A DNA stretch of 33,674 nt from Methanobacteriota archaeon (GTDB taxonomy: Archaea > Thermoplasmatota > Poseidoniia > Poseidoniales > Poseidoniaceae), in the NCBI GenBank assembly GCA_018645535.1, contig JABGWN010000038.1, positions 1 through 33,674 on the forward strand, written 5' to 3'. Below, one piece after another: positions 14,535 through 23,957 of the stretch. A model generated the notes under the pieces. It saw nothing but the letters and a program-made list of their open reading frames with translations, did no database searches and was not told the DNA's origin. A program made the translations under genes and the position numbers. The number at the start of each line of letters is the position of its first letter. Within the stretch, counting starts at the first letter, position 1.

Positions 14535-16775
14535 ATGAGCGATGGAGACCACGTGCTAATTTGCGTGGCATGGCCGTATGCAAACGGGCCACTGCATCTC
14601 GGTCATGTGGCTGGATGTTACCTACCACCAGATATTCATGCTCGATTTGAACGATCTCTAGGTAATCGTGTGCTAATGGTTTCAGGTTCAGATGAACACG
14701 GAACACCAATCACTGTCTCTGCAGAACAGGAAGGTATTGAGCCACAAGATGTCGTGAATCGTTTTCATGAAATCAATTCTAAAGCGTTACTCGATCTTGG
14801 ATGTACATGGATGCCAAATGTCGATTCTCGTGGTGTTGAATATGGAGGTTCTCTGTTCAATAGAACGACTGATGTTAGCCACAAACAACGTGTACAATCG
14901 AATTTTAAAGATTTATACGACGCTGGTTTTTTTGAAATGCGAACAATGGAACAATATTACGAATTGAATCCCTCTGGTGGGGGAAGATTTCTCCCTGACC
15001 GATATATCGAAGGTACCTGTCCAAATTGCGAGGCGGATGGCGCCAGAGGTGATCAGTGTGACAGTTGTGGTGCAACTTACGAATCTACAGAACTAAGAAA
15101 TCCTATATCTAAAATGAATCCATCCTTTAAGGTTGAAATTAGGGATACAGAGCACCTTTTTTATCGCCTTGACCTTTTTCAGGAAGCTCTAGAAAAGCAT
15201 GCGAAACAAAGACAATCTGTTTGGAAGCCAAACGTTCGAGCCATGACCAAACAATGGCTGGATATGGGCCTTCGGCCAAGAGCAGTTACAAGAGATTTGA
15301 CATGGGGTATCGATGTCCCAATCGAAGGACAAGATTGGATTGGAAAGTGTATTTATGTATGGTTCGAAGCAGTACAGGGATACCTTACATGTTCCCAGAT
15401 TTGGTCTGAGAAGTATACTGATAATTCCGCATCATGGGAGTCATGGTGGACGAATAATGAACAATCCAATCCACGTCATTACTACTTCTTAGGAAAAGAT
15501 AACGTTCCATTCCATACAGTTATCTGGCCTGCGATATTAATGGGATTAAATCATGTTCGAAACGGTAAAACTGCAAAAGACCCTATCGACTTGCCAGTTA
15601 CTGGAGACCTTCACCTCGAAGATAACGTACCGGCAATGGAATATCTTATGCTTGCAGGGGGCCAATTTTCAAAATCACGAAAACATGCAATTTGGCTCCC
15701 TTCATTCTTGGAACGATTTGACCCAGATACATTAAGATATTATCTAAGTATCAATATGCCTGAAGGTCACGATACTGATTTCACCTGGAAGGAATTCGTA
15801 AATCGAATCAACAACGAACTCATAGCTACGTACGGTAACTTCGTTAATCGAGTAATGTCTCTCACAGCTCGATTGCCACATGATGGAAAATCCCCTCTAT
15901 TACCATTTGATGATAGCGCGCTACACTCAGAAGATATGTTGTTCTTGGAGACTCTACATACAAAAATAACGGATTCATTAAAACGACATCGATACAAAGA
16001 GGCTCTTCGGTTTGCTATGAATGCAGCCCAGCATGGAAATCAAATGCTACAAAATGCTGCGCCATGGAAGCACCTCAAAACTGAGGAAGGTGCTGAAGGC
16101 CGCCATGAAGCTCTTTCTTCACTCGCTTTTGGATGGAGGCTTTGTCGATATCTTGCGGTTGTGATGCAACCATTCTTGCCGTTTAGCTCACATAAATTAT
16201 GGGCCATGCTCGGACTTGAAGGGGAAGTACATCTGCAACCTTGGGAGAGTGCCCTCGATTGGTCTGCAGAAATATGTTCCACGGATGAGAATTATCAACC
16301 ACTTTTCAAACGTTTAGATCTAGAAGAAATTGTTCATGAAGAACAATCACTTGTAGAAGAATCAGAATCATCCACAATCTCACATGGTGTAAAGGGTGGC
16401 AAAAAGGAGAATAAGAAAATGAAAGAAGAACAACCAGAAGGAATTACCTATCTAGAATTTGAAACGTTCATGGAAGTCGAATTGCGCGTAGGAAAAATTG
16501 TAAGTGTCGAAGACCATCCTAACGCTGATCGATTATATGTTGTCAAACTTGATGATGGAACAGATTTGCAGCGTACTATATGTGCTGGAATTAAAGAATA
16601 TTATTCTGTTGATGAACTAATGAATAAGTCAGTTGTCTTTGTTGCGAACCTCAAGCCTAGACCTCTCCGAGGCGTCGTGAGTGAAGGTATGATGCTTGCA
16701 GCAGATGATGGCAACGGTTCAGTGAAATTAGTAACCATCGACGGTGAGATTTCCACTGGATCACTCGTTCGATAA
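14535..16775 (+). CDS. metG: Methionyl-tRNA synthetase with C-terminal Trbp111/EMAPII-like tRNA-binding domain
   Basis: HIGH-type motif (PYANGPLHLGHVAG), zinc knuckle CPNCEADGARGDQCDSCG, KMSKS-type loop (GGQFSKSR), anticodon-binding helical region, and a C-terminal OB domain (VELRVGKIVSVEDHPNADRLYVVKLDDG....ICAGIK.....L....VVFVANLKPRPLRGVVSEGMML). Confidence 0.92.
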   Translation: MSDGDHVLICVAWPYANGPLHLGHVAGCYLPPDIHARFERSLGNRVLMVSGSDEHGTPITVSAEQEGIEPQDVVNRFHEINSKALLDLGCTWMPNVDSRGVEYGGSLFNRTTDVSHKQRVQSNFKDLYDAGFFEMRTMEQYYELNPSGGGRFLPDRYIEGTCPNCEADGARGDQCDSCGATYESTELRNPISKMNPSFKVEIRDTEHLFYRLDLFQEALEKHAKQRQSVWKPNVRAMTKQWLDMGLRPRAVTRDLTWGIDVPIEGQDWIGKCIYVWFEAVQGYLTCSQIWSEKYTDNSASWESWWTNNEQSNPRHYYFLGKDNVPFHTVIWPAILMGLNHVRNGKTAKDPIDLPVTGDLHLEDNVPAMEYLMLAGGQFSKSRKHAIWLPSFLERFDPDTLRYYLSINMPEGHDTDFTWKEFVNRINNELIATYGNFVNRVMSLTARLPHDGKSPLLPFDDSALHSEDMLFLETLHTKITDSLKRHRYKEALRFAMNAAQHGNQMLQNAAPWKHLKTEEGAEGRHEALSSLAFGWRLCRYLAVVMQPFLPFSSHKLWAMLGLEGEVHLQPWESALDWSAEICSTDENYQPLFKRLDLEEIVHEEQSLVEESESSTISHGVKGGKKENKKMKEEQPEGITYLEFETFMEVELRVGKIVSVEDHPNADRLYVVKLDDGTDLQRTICAGIKEYYSVDELMNKSVVFVANLKPRPLRGVVSEGMMLAADDGNGSVKLVTIDGEISTGSLVR

Positions 16776-17393
16776 TCGACGACGTACGGCTTCCATACAA
16801 AGTCTCGAATAGATTTTGGCTTCACCTGATAACTCAGGTAGATGAGTTCTCATCTCAACTCCATACGATTCGGGCAATGAGTTGAGATTAATTTCGATAT
16901 TAAAAATTGCACCTTTGAGAGCTGCAGAAGCTAACAAACCCGCAACACCCACATCAGATACAGCATTGTCATTACCCAATGAAGCCAAATCCGGTAAGAC
17001 TTTCAGAAGATTAAGAGCGTAACAAGCCGTATCATAAGGCACCTTAGCAGCACCCAGCATTGAATTCCTTATTTCTTCTCTTCGTATTGCTTTTTCATCA
17101 TCAGTTGATTTAGGCATCTTGAATCCAGATACAACTGCATCAAATGCTTGGCTATCTAGGGTGGCGAGTTCCAATCCCTCTTCTAAAAGGGGAATAGCAA
17201 TTACATTTACAGAATTAGAAATCTCCCACCCTGCACTGTATTTTTCATTTCCAAGTGTAAGGTCAGCCACCATCTTCGCTAATGCTGCTGCTTGACCTAA
17301 TGCAACACCTGCAGCAGAACCGCCACCTGGTGTTGGAGCACTACTCGCCAATGCAGATTGGAATTCTTTTAGAGTTACATTTGCCCAATTCAT
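16761..17393 (-). CDS. Formimidoyltetrahydrofolate cyclodeaminase (stand-alone FTCD C-terminal domain)
   Basis: 210 aa. F...LAS..PTPGGGSAAGVALGQAAALAKMVADLT is the hallmark N-terminal motif of the cyclodeaminase domain. Its start codon overlaps the stop of the upstream formiminotransferase gene (ATGA, 17390-17393). Confidence 0.8.
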   Translation of the reverse strand: MNWANVTLKEFQSALASSAPTPGGGSAAGVALGQAAALAKMVADLTLGNEKYSAGWEISNSVNVIAIPLLEEGLELATLDSQAFDAVVSGFKMPKSTDDEKAIRREEIRNSMLGAAKVPYDTACYALNLLKVLPDLASLGNDNAVSDVGVAGLLASAALKGAIFNIEINLNSLPESYGVEMRTHLPELSGEAKIYSRLCMEAVRRRLSNE

Positions 17394-18433
17394 TCATCAT
17401 CACCTTCCAAACACCATTCAATAATCCGTTCATGCGGATTGAAATTGTGAATACTACTCAAACCAAGTTTTTCTATCGCAAGAGATACATAGTCTACATC
17501 AGATAAATCATCTGAATCCGCATACCATTTACCTGCTTCTACCATCGATTCTAGAGGGACGAGACCCACTATCTCCGAACCAATGGCTTCCACTCCCATA
17601 TCCCTTGCCAGCGAAGAGATTACATCGTAAGCATGATGAAGATTTGTTGAATTGTATTGTTGAAGATTCATAGATACTTGACTAATGCCGTGAGATTCCA
17701 ATGGAACGCCCATGCCTTGCACATGTTTAAGCAAACCTTGAGTCCTAAACTTGTTACGTTTATTTTCTGATTTCATTAATCTTCCACTAGATCGGACAAT
17801 AGAACCAATTTGTTTTGAGATGACTGCATCCTTTTCGTCTACATTTACATTGTAAGCGATGAGGATATCTCTTGCACCTATCGTAATAGCCCCAGAACCC
17901 TTGGCTAAGTCGTCCCATTCTTTTGTACCAAAATCAGGTAGACGTGTGGATTCACCATGTACTGTTGAATTACCAGTAAAACGATTCATTAAATCTTCAT
18001 ATTCTCCTTTCCTTAGTGTTGATAAAGAACTTCTAGAAACATCAGAGGCAGCTCCACCATACAAAAATACGGGTACTGCCAAATCTCCCACCTTGCGTGC
18101 TACTCGTCGGGCTATGTCTACGCATTGTTCCATAGATGCTCCAGAAATCGGTACGAATGGGCAGACATCTACGCACCCCATTCTAGGATGTTCACCAGTA
18201 TGTTGACTCATATCGATCTCTTGGATAGATGCTTGGATAAGTAAAAATGCAGCATGTTCAACATCTGAAGGATTACCTGCAAATGTGATAACTGTACGGT
18301 TGTAATCAGAATCTGGTTCAATCCCCAATATCTTAACGCCAGGGATACGCGCTGCGTCGACTATACGATGGATTTTCTCAATATCTCTGCCTTCAGAAAT
18401 GTTCGGTACGCATTCAATGATGGACTTGCCCAT
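17390..18433 (-). CDS. Glutamate formimidoyltransferase (stand-alone FTCD N-terminal domain)
   Basis: 347 aa starting MGKSIIECVPNISEGRD, the signature N-terminus of the formiminotransferase domain (ECVPN(F/I)SEGR). Length and the following HPRMG(C/A)VDV.PF(V/I)P block are consistent. Confidence 0.85.
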   Translation of the reverse strand: MGKSIIECVPNISEGRDIEKIHRIVDAARIPGVKILGIEPDSDYNRTVITFAGNPSDVEHAAFLLIQASIQEIDMSQHTGEHPRMGCVDVCPFVPISGASMEQCVDIARRVARKVGDLAVPVFLYGGAASDVSRSSLSTLRKGEYEDLMNRFTGNSTVHGESTRLPDFGTKEWDDLAKGSGAITIGARDILIAYNVNVDEKDAVISKQIGSIVRSSGRLMKSENKRNKFRTQGLLKHVQGMGVPLESHGISQVSMNLQQYNSTNLHHAYDVISSLARDMGVEAIGSEIVGLVPLESMVEAGKWYADSDDLSDVDYVSLAIEKLGLSSIHNFNPHERIIEWCLEGDDE

Positions 18434-18473
18434 GGCTCATGGTTTTGAGCAAGGACTTTGAACATTGACCTTT

Positions 18474-19703
18474 TCATCCATACAATCTATCAGGTGAAGA
18501 GGTAAATCCTCCTCTAGACTTTTTCTTTTGGAGTCGTTGAATCGCTTCCATTACATCAGAATGTTTGACGATACTTCGTTCTTGTCGAATTGCAATCATA
18601 CCAGATTCAACACATACGGCCTTGAGTTCCGCACCACTAAATCCTTCAGTTGCCTGAGAAATTGCTTTTATTCGAACCCCTTTGGTATTCATTGAATTAA
18701 GATGTAATTGAAGAATCTCGGTTCTTGAGACATCATTAGGAATTGGTATTTCGATGATACGATCAAATCTCCCAGGCCTCAGTAAAGCATCATCAAGGAT
18801 GTCCGGCCTGTTAGTGGCAGCGATTATTTTTACATTTTCTAATTCATCAAATCCATCGAGTTCAGCGAGAAGTTGCATTAATGTTCGTTGCACTTCACGG
18901 TCACCGCTTGTCGAACCATCCAATCGTTTTGCTCCAATCGCATCAATTTCATCAAGGAATATTACTGATGGTGATTTTTCTTTTGCCAATGAAAACAATT
19001 CACGAACAAGCCTTCCACCCTCACCAATATATTTCTGGGCCAATTCAGAGCCTACCATTCGAATGAATGTGGCATTTGTATGGTGGGCTACAGCTTTTGC
19101 TAACAATGTCTTACCGCAACCGGGAGGACCAACGAGGAGTACTCCTTTCGGTGCTTTTATACCCACTTTCTCAAAGAGATGAGGTTTCAATAACGGAAGT
19201 TCAATCGCTTCTCGAACTGATAATATTTCTTCATCTAATCCAGCAACCATATCATATGTCGTATCTGGTTTCTCAATCATTTCTGATCCACTAACGATTG
19301 GGTCCCATGCATCATTGAGTACTTCAATAACTGAAAGTGTATCTTGATTCAACGCTACCCGAGTACCTGGTTTTAGCAGGGAAGGCTCAATTCTTTGATT
19401 TAAAGCAACTTGGAAAACAGTACCGTTTGATGAACGTACAATCGCTCTTTCAGGGTCTAGTACATCCTGTAGAGTTCCAATAATCAGAGGAGGAGATCGT
19501 AAGTGGCGCACCTCTTCTTCGAGGCGAGATGCTTGCTTTTTGACACTTCTTAGTTCTGATTCGAGATGTGTCCTTTCGCTAATCAACTCTTGAGTTTTTT
19601 CTTGTAAATTCCTAAATTCTGATTCTAAAACTTGGAGGTCATCATCCTTTGAGGATTTCATTGAATCGGAGCCGCGCTCTACTTCAGTACCCATCGTAAT
19701 CAT
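18474..19703 (-). CDS. pan: Proteasome-activating nucleotidase PAN (AAA+ ATPase)
   Basis: N-terminal coiled coil, OB segment (PPLIIGTLQDVL...AIV.SSNG..F.V), Walker A GPPGCGKT, Walker B VIFLDEIDA, second region of homology, and a C-terminal Hb-Y-X tail (..DRLYG). AGGAG lies 4 nt upstream of the ATG at 19703. Confidence 0.9.
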   Translation of the reverse strand: MITMGTEVERGSDSMKSSKDDDLQVLESEFRNLQEKTQELISERTHLESELRSVKKQASRLEEEVRHLRSPPLIIGTLQDVLDPERAIVRSSNGTVFQVALNQRIEPSLLKPGTRVALNQDTLSVIEVLNDAWDPIVSGSEMIEKPDTTYDMVAGLDEEILSVREAIELPLLKPHLFEKVGIKAPKGVLLVGPPGCGKTLLAKAVAHHTNATFIRMVGSELAQKYIGEGGRLVRELFSLAKEKSPSVIFLDEIDAIGAKRLDGSTSGDREVQRTLMQLLAELDGFDELENVKIIAATNRPDILDDALLRPGRFDRIIEIPIPNDVSRTEILQLHLNSMNTKGVRIKAISQATEGFSGAELKAVCVESGMIAIRQERSIVKHSDVMEAIQRLQKKKSRGGFTSSPDRLYG

Positions 19704-19804
19704 TTACTCCTAACGTCAGTAGTTCATCAACACATCGTTTCCACCATGAGGATTCATTGCGAAGGGTTCATCAATTGTCGAGTTCAGGAGAAAATAGGGA
19801 TACT

Positions 19805-20296
19805 ATGGCGGATTGTGAGTTATGTGGGGCAACAAAGGTATCTACACGGGAACACCGTGTTAACAAAGCAATGTTGGCAATTTGCCAGAGATGCATCGGA
19901 CAACTTAATCTCCAACCTAAGCAAGAAGCGCCTGGCTTATCCAGGGCTCGTTCTACACCTCAGCGAAGTTCGCAACCTTCACGTTCCAAACGAAATAATC
20001 TCATGAATAAAACTGAAAAGGAACTTGCCTCTGACTTCTCTCGCAGAATTACATCTGGCAGGGAATCTAAAGGATGGGACCAAACTCAACTCGCAAAGCG
20101 CATGGCGGAAACTATCAATGTCATCAAATCAGCAGAATCAGGTAAGCCTCCTACAGATGCTGTTATTCGGAAATTAGAAATGATTCTAGGTATTTCTTTG
20201 ATGATTGAATCTGCAAATGACCATGAATCCATGGTTGGCAGATCTGGTCAATCGAGAGGAATGACTATTGGTGACTATCTCAAAGATTTGAGGTGA
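19805..20296 (+). CDS. Archaeal multiprotein-bridging factor 1 (aMBF1): N-terminal zinc ribbon plus C-terminal HTH (XRE-type)
   Basis: Starts MADCELCG....(x22)..CQRC (zinc ribbon). The C-terminal part has GWDQTQLAKRMAETINVIKSAESGK..P......KLE..LGI (cro/C1 HTH). The track start at 19757 adds 16 unsupported residues, so ATG 19805 is preferred. Confidence 0.8.
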   Translation: MADCELCGATKVSTREHRVNKAMLAICQRCIGQLNLQPKQEAPGLSRARSTPQRSSQPSRSKRNNLMNKTEKELASDFSRRITSGRESKGWDQTQLAKRMAETINVIKSAESGKPPTDAVIRKLEMILGISLMIESANDHESMVGRSGQSRGMTIGDYLKDLR

Positions 20297-20300
20297 AGTT

Positions 20301-20846
20301 TTGACAATTCCCCTGCATGCCATCTGGCTTGCTCAAGATGATCCAAAGAAAAATACTGCTGTACGAGCTTCGAAGGATGATTTACTAACGCTCCACAAAG
20401 ATTTCAGAAGACTACCGCGTAAAGGCATCATCCTTGAACCACTCTGCGGAAAGGTATTGGGACCAGAAGACAGAGAATTATTCGAACGAAATGGAGCAAT
20501 CGTCGGACTGGATTGTTCTTGGGCACATATTGAATCCTCAGTGGAGAAAGTAATGAAGCGGACAAGACTTCAAGCCAGAACATTACCACTTCTACTCGCT
20601 GCTAACCCTGTGAATTGGGGTAAGCCATCAAAATTATCTACTGTTGAAGCAATTGCAGCAGCATGCGTTCTGATGGGGGAATATGAACAGGCAGAAATAA
20701 TTCTCAGTAAATTTCGTTGGGGGAATCGGTTCTTAGAACTTAATGCTGAACCATTAGAAGCATATTCGGCTGCTAAGAGTTCTGCAGAATTGGTGGCTTT
20801 ACAGTTTGAATTTTTTGATATTGAGGTCGATGATGATGGAGCATGA
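20301..20846 (+). CDS. tsr3: 16S/18S rRNA aminocarboxypropyltransferase Tsr3 (DUF367)
   Basis: GLDCSW, LPLLLAANPVNWGKPSKLSTVEAIAAACVLMG and KFRWGNRFLELN..PLEAY match the remembered Tsr3 core (DCSW; L.AANPVNYG.P.kLS.vEA.AA...i.G; F.WG..Fl.lN). TTG start 4 nt after the MBF1 stop, preceded by aggtga. Confidence 0.8.
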   Translation: MTIPLHAIWLAQDDPKKNTAVRASKDDLLTLHKDFRRLPRKGIILEPLCGKVLGPEDRELFERNGAIVGLDCSWAHIESSVEKVMKRTRLQARTLPLLLAANPVNWGKPSKLSTVEAIAAACVLMGEYEQAEIILSKFRWGNRFLELNAEPLEAYSAAKSSAELVALQFEFFDIEVDDDGA

Positions 20847-21618
20847 ATATCAACAAATTCCTTTACAGCGATTAGTGGATAATCAATCGAACATTAGATC
20901 TGAGTTAATCGTCCAAGAATCCATCATTACACTCCACTGCATAGGAGAAAGTGGAGCCATAGAACCCCATACATCATTACTCGGAACACCAACAAAAATC
21001 ATGGAATTACATATTGGTCATCTCCTGTGCGAAGGGCTAACTAATTCACTGCCATCAGGAAATGAATTTGAAAACGTTGTTGTGGATGGCAAAGTAAATT
21101 CGTATTATAATTCAAGAATCACCAACCAACCTGAACCTAGACTCATTACCACTTCCTGTGGAGGATGTAATCATCCAGATCTATCAGTTGATCAAATCTA
21201 TGGCAAACAAATCTCACGTAGCAAACAATTATCGCACAGGGAATTAAAAGAAGCTCTTGATGAAATGAGGGGTGGAATGAAACTCTTTGAAGCGACAGGA
21301 GGATGCCACGGTGCTGCTCTTTTGGATTCAACTGGAGATGTTCATTTTGTTGCAGAAGATATAGGTAGGCATAATGCGGTTGACAAAACTGTAGGGTTAG
21401 CCATTCTATCCGGCATAAACGGTTTCAATGAATTCACATTATTGCTTTCAGGAAGATGTGGTTGGGATATCGTAGCCAAAGCCTCTCGTATTGGCATCTC
21501 AAATATTGCATCAGTAGGAGCCTTTTCAAGCGCTGCCATGGAATTGGCACGAGAGAATGGTATCTGTCTCTATGGATTCGTAAGAGAGTCTGGTGCTTGG
21601 AAAGTAGGAATTAATTAG
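20830..21618 (+). CDS. fdhD: FdhD sulfurtransferase / formate-dehydrogenase-family accessory protein
   Basis: Cys loop TTSCGGCN, GGCHGAAL and EDIGRHNAVDK..G, followed by LLSGRCGWDIVAKASRIGI, are canonical FdhD blocks. The ATG triplet run at 20830 (MMMEHEY) overlaps the tsr3 3' end by 17 nt. The track start at 20806 is less likely. Confidence 0.85.
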   Translation: MMMEHEYQQIPLQRLVDNQSNIRSELIVQESIITLHCIGESGAIEPHTSLLGTPTKIMELHIGHLLCEGLTNSLPSGNEFENVVVDGKVNSYYNSRITNQPEPRLITTSCGGCNHPDLSVDQIYGKQISRSKQLSHRELKEALDEMRGGMKLFEATGGCHGAALLDSTGDVHFVAEDIGRHNAVDKTVGLAILSGINGFNEFTLLLSGRCGWDIVAKASRIGISNIASVGAFSSAAMELARENGICLYGFVRESGAWKVGIN

Positions 21619-21647
21619 AATTTCTCCACAAGACTTGATGAACGTTA

Positions 21648-23948
21648 TTGCTTGGCACAGATATGCAGGAACCATCCGAAGGGGTTACACCAGCAGATTT
21701 GAACTCTCTTCGTTTGACTAAAGTAAAGAAAAGTGCTGCGGGTATACCAGCAGCAATATCATCGCTTAATCATGGTATAAGGAAAATGGGAGTTTCTAAA
21801 ACGATCAAGACTCTACTCATGGTTAATCAGAAAGAGGGTTTTGATTGCCCTGGATGTGCTTGGCCGGACCCGAATCACAGAACATCGTTTGAGTTTTGTG
21901 AGAATGGTGCTAAAGCAGTAGCAGACGAAGCTATGAAGGATAGAGTGAATCCTAATTTCTTCAAACGATATGATGTTCAAACTTTGTTGAAGAAATCTGA
22001 TTACTGGCTGAATAAACAGGGACGTATATCGTATCCGATGATACTCAAGTCTGGAAGTTCCAACTACGAACCTATCGCCTGGAATGACGCTTTTGATTTG
22101 ATTTCAGAATCGATAAAATCAATGGAAAAACCCACTCGAGGGGTGTATTACACATCTGGAAGGACTTCGAATGAAGCAGCATTTCTTTACCAAGCCCTTG
22201 TTCGAAGTCTTGGCACCAATAATCTCCCCGATTGCTCAAACATGTGCCATGAATCAAGTGGAAAGGCTTTGGGATCCACAATTGGAATCGGTAAAGGAAC
22301 TGTTCACTTAGAAGATTTCAACAAAAGTGATTTGATCATAGTCGTGGGACAAAACCCAGGGACAAACCACCCTCGTATGCTCACCGCATTAAGAGATGCA
22401 AAGCGAAATGGTTCTAAAATTGTAAATATCAATCCACTGCCTGAAACTGGATTATCTCGATTTAAACATCCTCAAGAATATATGGAATTAGATTTGACAT
22501 CTACCCAACTCTCTGATATGCATTTACAAGTGAAAATCGGTGGAGATGCTGCGCTCTTTCAGGGTGTGATTAAACACCTCTTGGATACCAATAAGTTCGA
22601 CAATAACTTCATTGCAAAGTATACCATTCAATTTGATCAATTAAAGTTGCATATGGACGGGTTTTCTTGGAAACAAGCAATTCAAGATTCTGGGATTTCC
22701 AAAGAGGAGATTATTGCATTTGCAGATATGTGTGGAAGCTCAAATGCTACCATCGCTTGTTGGGCCATGGGTCTTACTCAACATAGAAACGGGGTAGCAG
22801 TAATTCAAGAAGTTGTCAATCTCCTGCTGCTCGGAGGACATATTGGACGGCCAGGTGCTGGTGTTTGCCCAGTTCGCGGACATTCTAACGTCCAAGGTGA
22901 CCGAACAGTTGGCATATGGGAGGCTCCATCTGACAACTTCATTGAAACCATGCAAAACGGACTTGGTTTTGAATTACCAAAGGAACATGGATATGATGTA
23001 GTCGAATCAATACGAGCGATGGAACAAGGAGATGTGGATGTTTTTGTCTGCATGGGTGGAAATTTTTTGTCTGCCACACCTGATACAAGACGGACTGCAA
23101 AATCAATCAAAAATATAAACCTCACAGTACAGATATCAACGAAACTAAATCGCAGCCATCTTATTACAGGAAAAACAGCACTGATTTTACCAGTATTGGG
23201 GCGGACAGAAATTGATCTTCAAGGTTCAAAGAAACAATTCGTTACAGTTGAAAATTCGATGGGTGTGGTTCATAGATCGGAAGGCAAACTTAAACCAACG
23301 TCATCAACATTGATGAGCGAACCATCTATCGTTGCAGAATTAGGACATCGATTAGTTCCAGAGAATCTTCCATGGCTCACTATGTCAAAAAATTATGACG
23401 AAATTCGTGATTTGATGTCACATTCATTAAATGGATTTGAGAATTATAATGAACGCGTTCGTCAAGAAAATGGTTTTTTGCTACCAAATCCACCTCGTGA
23501 TGAGTTGAAATTCCATACCGCCTCTGGTAAAGCCGTATTTTCTATGAATCCTTTACCAGATGTATCTGTTGAAGAAAATGAATATGTGCTCATGACAATG
23601 AGGAGCCACGATCAATATAACACCACAATTTACGGCCTTCATGACAGATATAGAGGGATTCACGGAAACAGGCGTGTTGTTCTAATGAATGCTTTAGATA
23701 TGGCTGAAAAGGGGCTTAAAACGCGAGATATAATTCATCTTGAGAGCCATTTCGAAGGAACAACTCGTCATTCCAATAATTGGATTGTTGTTGCTTACGA
23801 TATTCCTCAAGGAAACATGGGCGCATATTTCCCAGAAGCCAATGAATTAGTTCCGCTAGATTCGGTTGCTGAAAAATCAAATACACCAACATCCAAGTGG
23901 ATTGTAGTTTCATTAACGAAAGACAGTAATGTTCTCGAAGAAGAATAG
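21648..23948 (+). CDS. Molybdopterin oxidoreductase of the YdeP/FdhF-like (TIGR01701-type) family; substrate unknown
   Basis: 766 aa. N-terminal GFDCPGCAWPDP block typical of the YdeP-like clade, Mo-ligand Cys context NMCHESSG, MGD-binding segments (VVGQNPGTNHPR; WAMGLTQH) and a C-terminal beta-barrel domain. Preceded by fdhD. Start is TTG 21648 or ATG 21663. Confidence 0.8.
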   Translation: MLGTDMQEPSEGVTPADLNSLRLTKVKKSAAGIPAAISSLNHGIRKMGVSKTIKTLLMVNQKEGFDCPGCAWPDPNHRTSFEFCENGAKAVADEAMKDRVNPNFFKRYDVQTLLKKSDYWLNKQGRISYPMILKSGSSNYEPIAWNDAFDLISESIKSMEKPTRGVYYTSGRTSNEAAFLYQALVRSLGTNNLPDCSNMCHESSGKALGSTIGIGKGTVHLEDFNKSDLIIVVGQNPGTNHPRMLTALRDAKRNGSKIVNINPLPETGLSRFKHPQEYMELDLTSTQLSDMHLQVKIGGDAALFQGVIKHLLDTNKFDNNFIAKYTIQFDQLKLHMDGFSWKQAIQDSGISKEEIIAFADMCGSSNATIACWAMGLTQHRNGVAVIQEVVNLLLLGGHIGRPGAGVCPVRGHSNVQGDRTVGIWEAPSDNFIETMQNGLGFELPKEHGYDVVESIRAMEQGDVDVFVCMGGNFLSATPDTRRTAKSIKNINLTVQISTKLNRSHLITGKTALILPVLGRTEIDLQGSKKQFVTVENSMGVVHRSEGKLKPTSSTLMSEPSIVAELGHRLVPENLPWLTMSKNYDEIRDLMSHSLNGFENYNERVRQENGFLLPNPPRDELKFHTASGKAVFSMNPLPDVSVEENEYVLMTMRSHDQYNTTIYGLHDRYRGIHGNRRVVLMNALDMAEKGLKTRDIIHLESHFEGTTRHSNNWIVVAYDIPQGNMGAYFPEANELVPLDSVAEKSNTPTSKWIVVSLTKDSNVLEEE

Positions 23949-23957
23949 GTCATTATC

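Noticed and set aside
18754-19182. 142-aa plus-strand ORF inside pan (similar shadow ORFs at 9987-10358, 5671-6045, 17859-18206, 22805-23125, 29344-29715 and 33197-33523)
   Set aside because: All lie fully inside strongly supported genes on the opposite strand and translate to Ser/Pro/Arg-rich low-complexity sequence without motifs. They are shadow ORFs.
21648-23948. Possible selenocysteine (in-frame TGA) recoding in the FdhF/YdeP-like molybdoenzyme
   Set aside because: The ORF is uninterrupted, and the expected Mo-ligand position is an ordinary Cys codon (NMCHESSG). There is no in-frame TGA and no need for a SECIS element.
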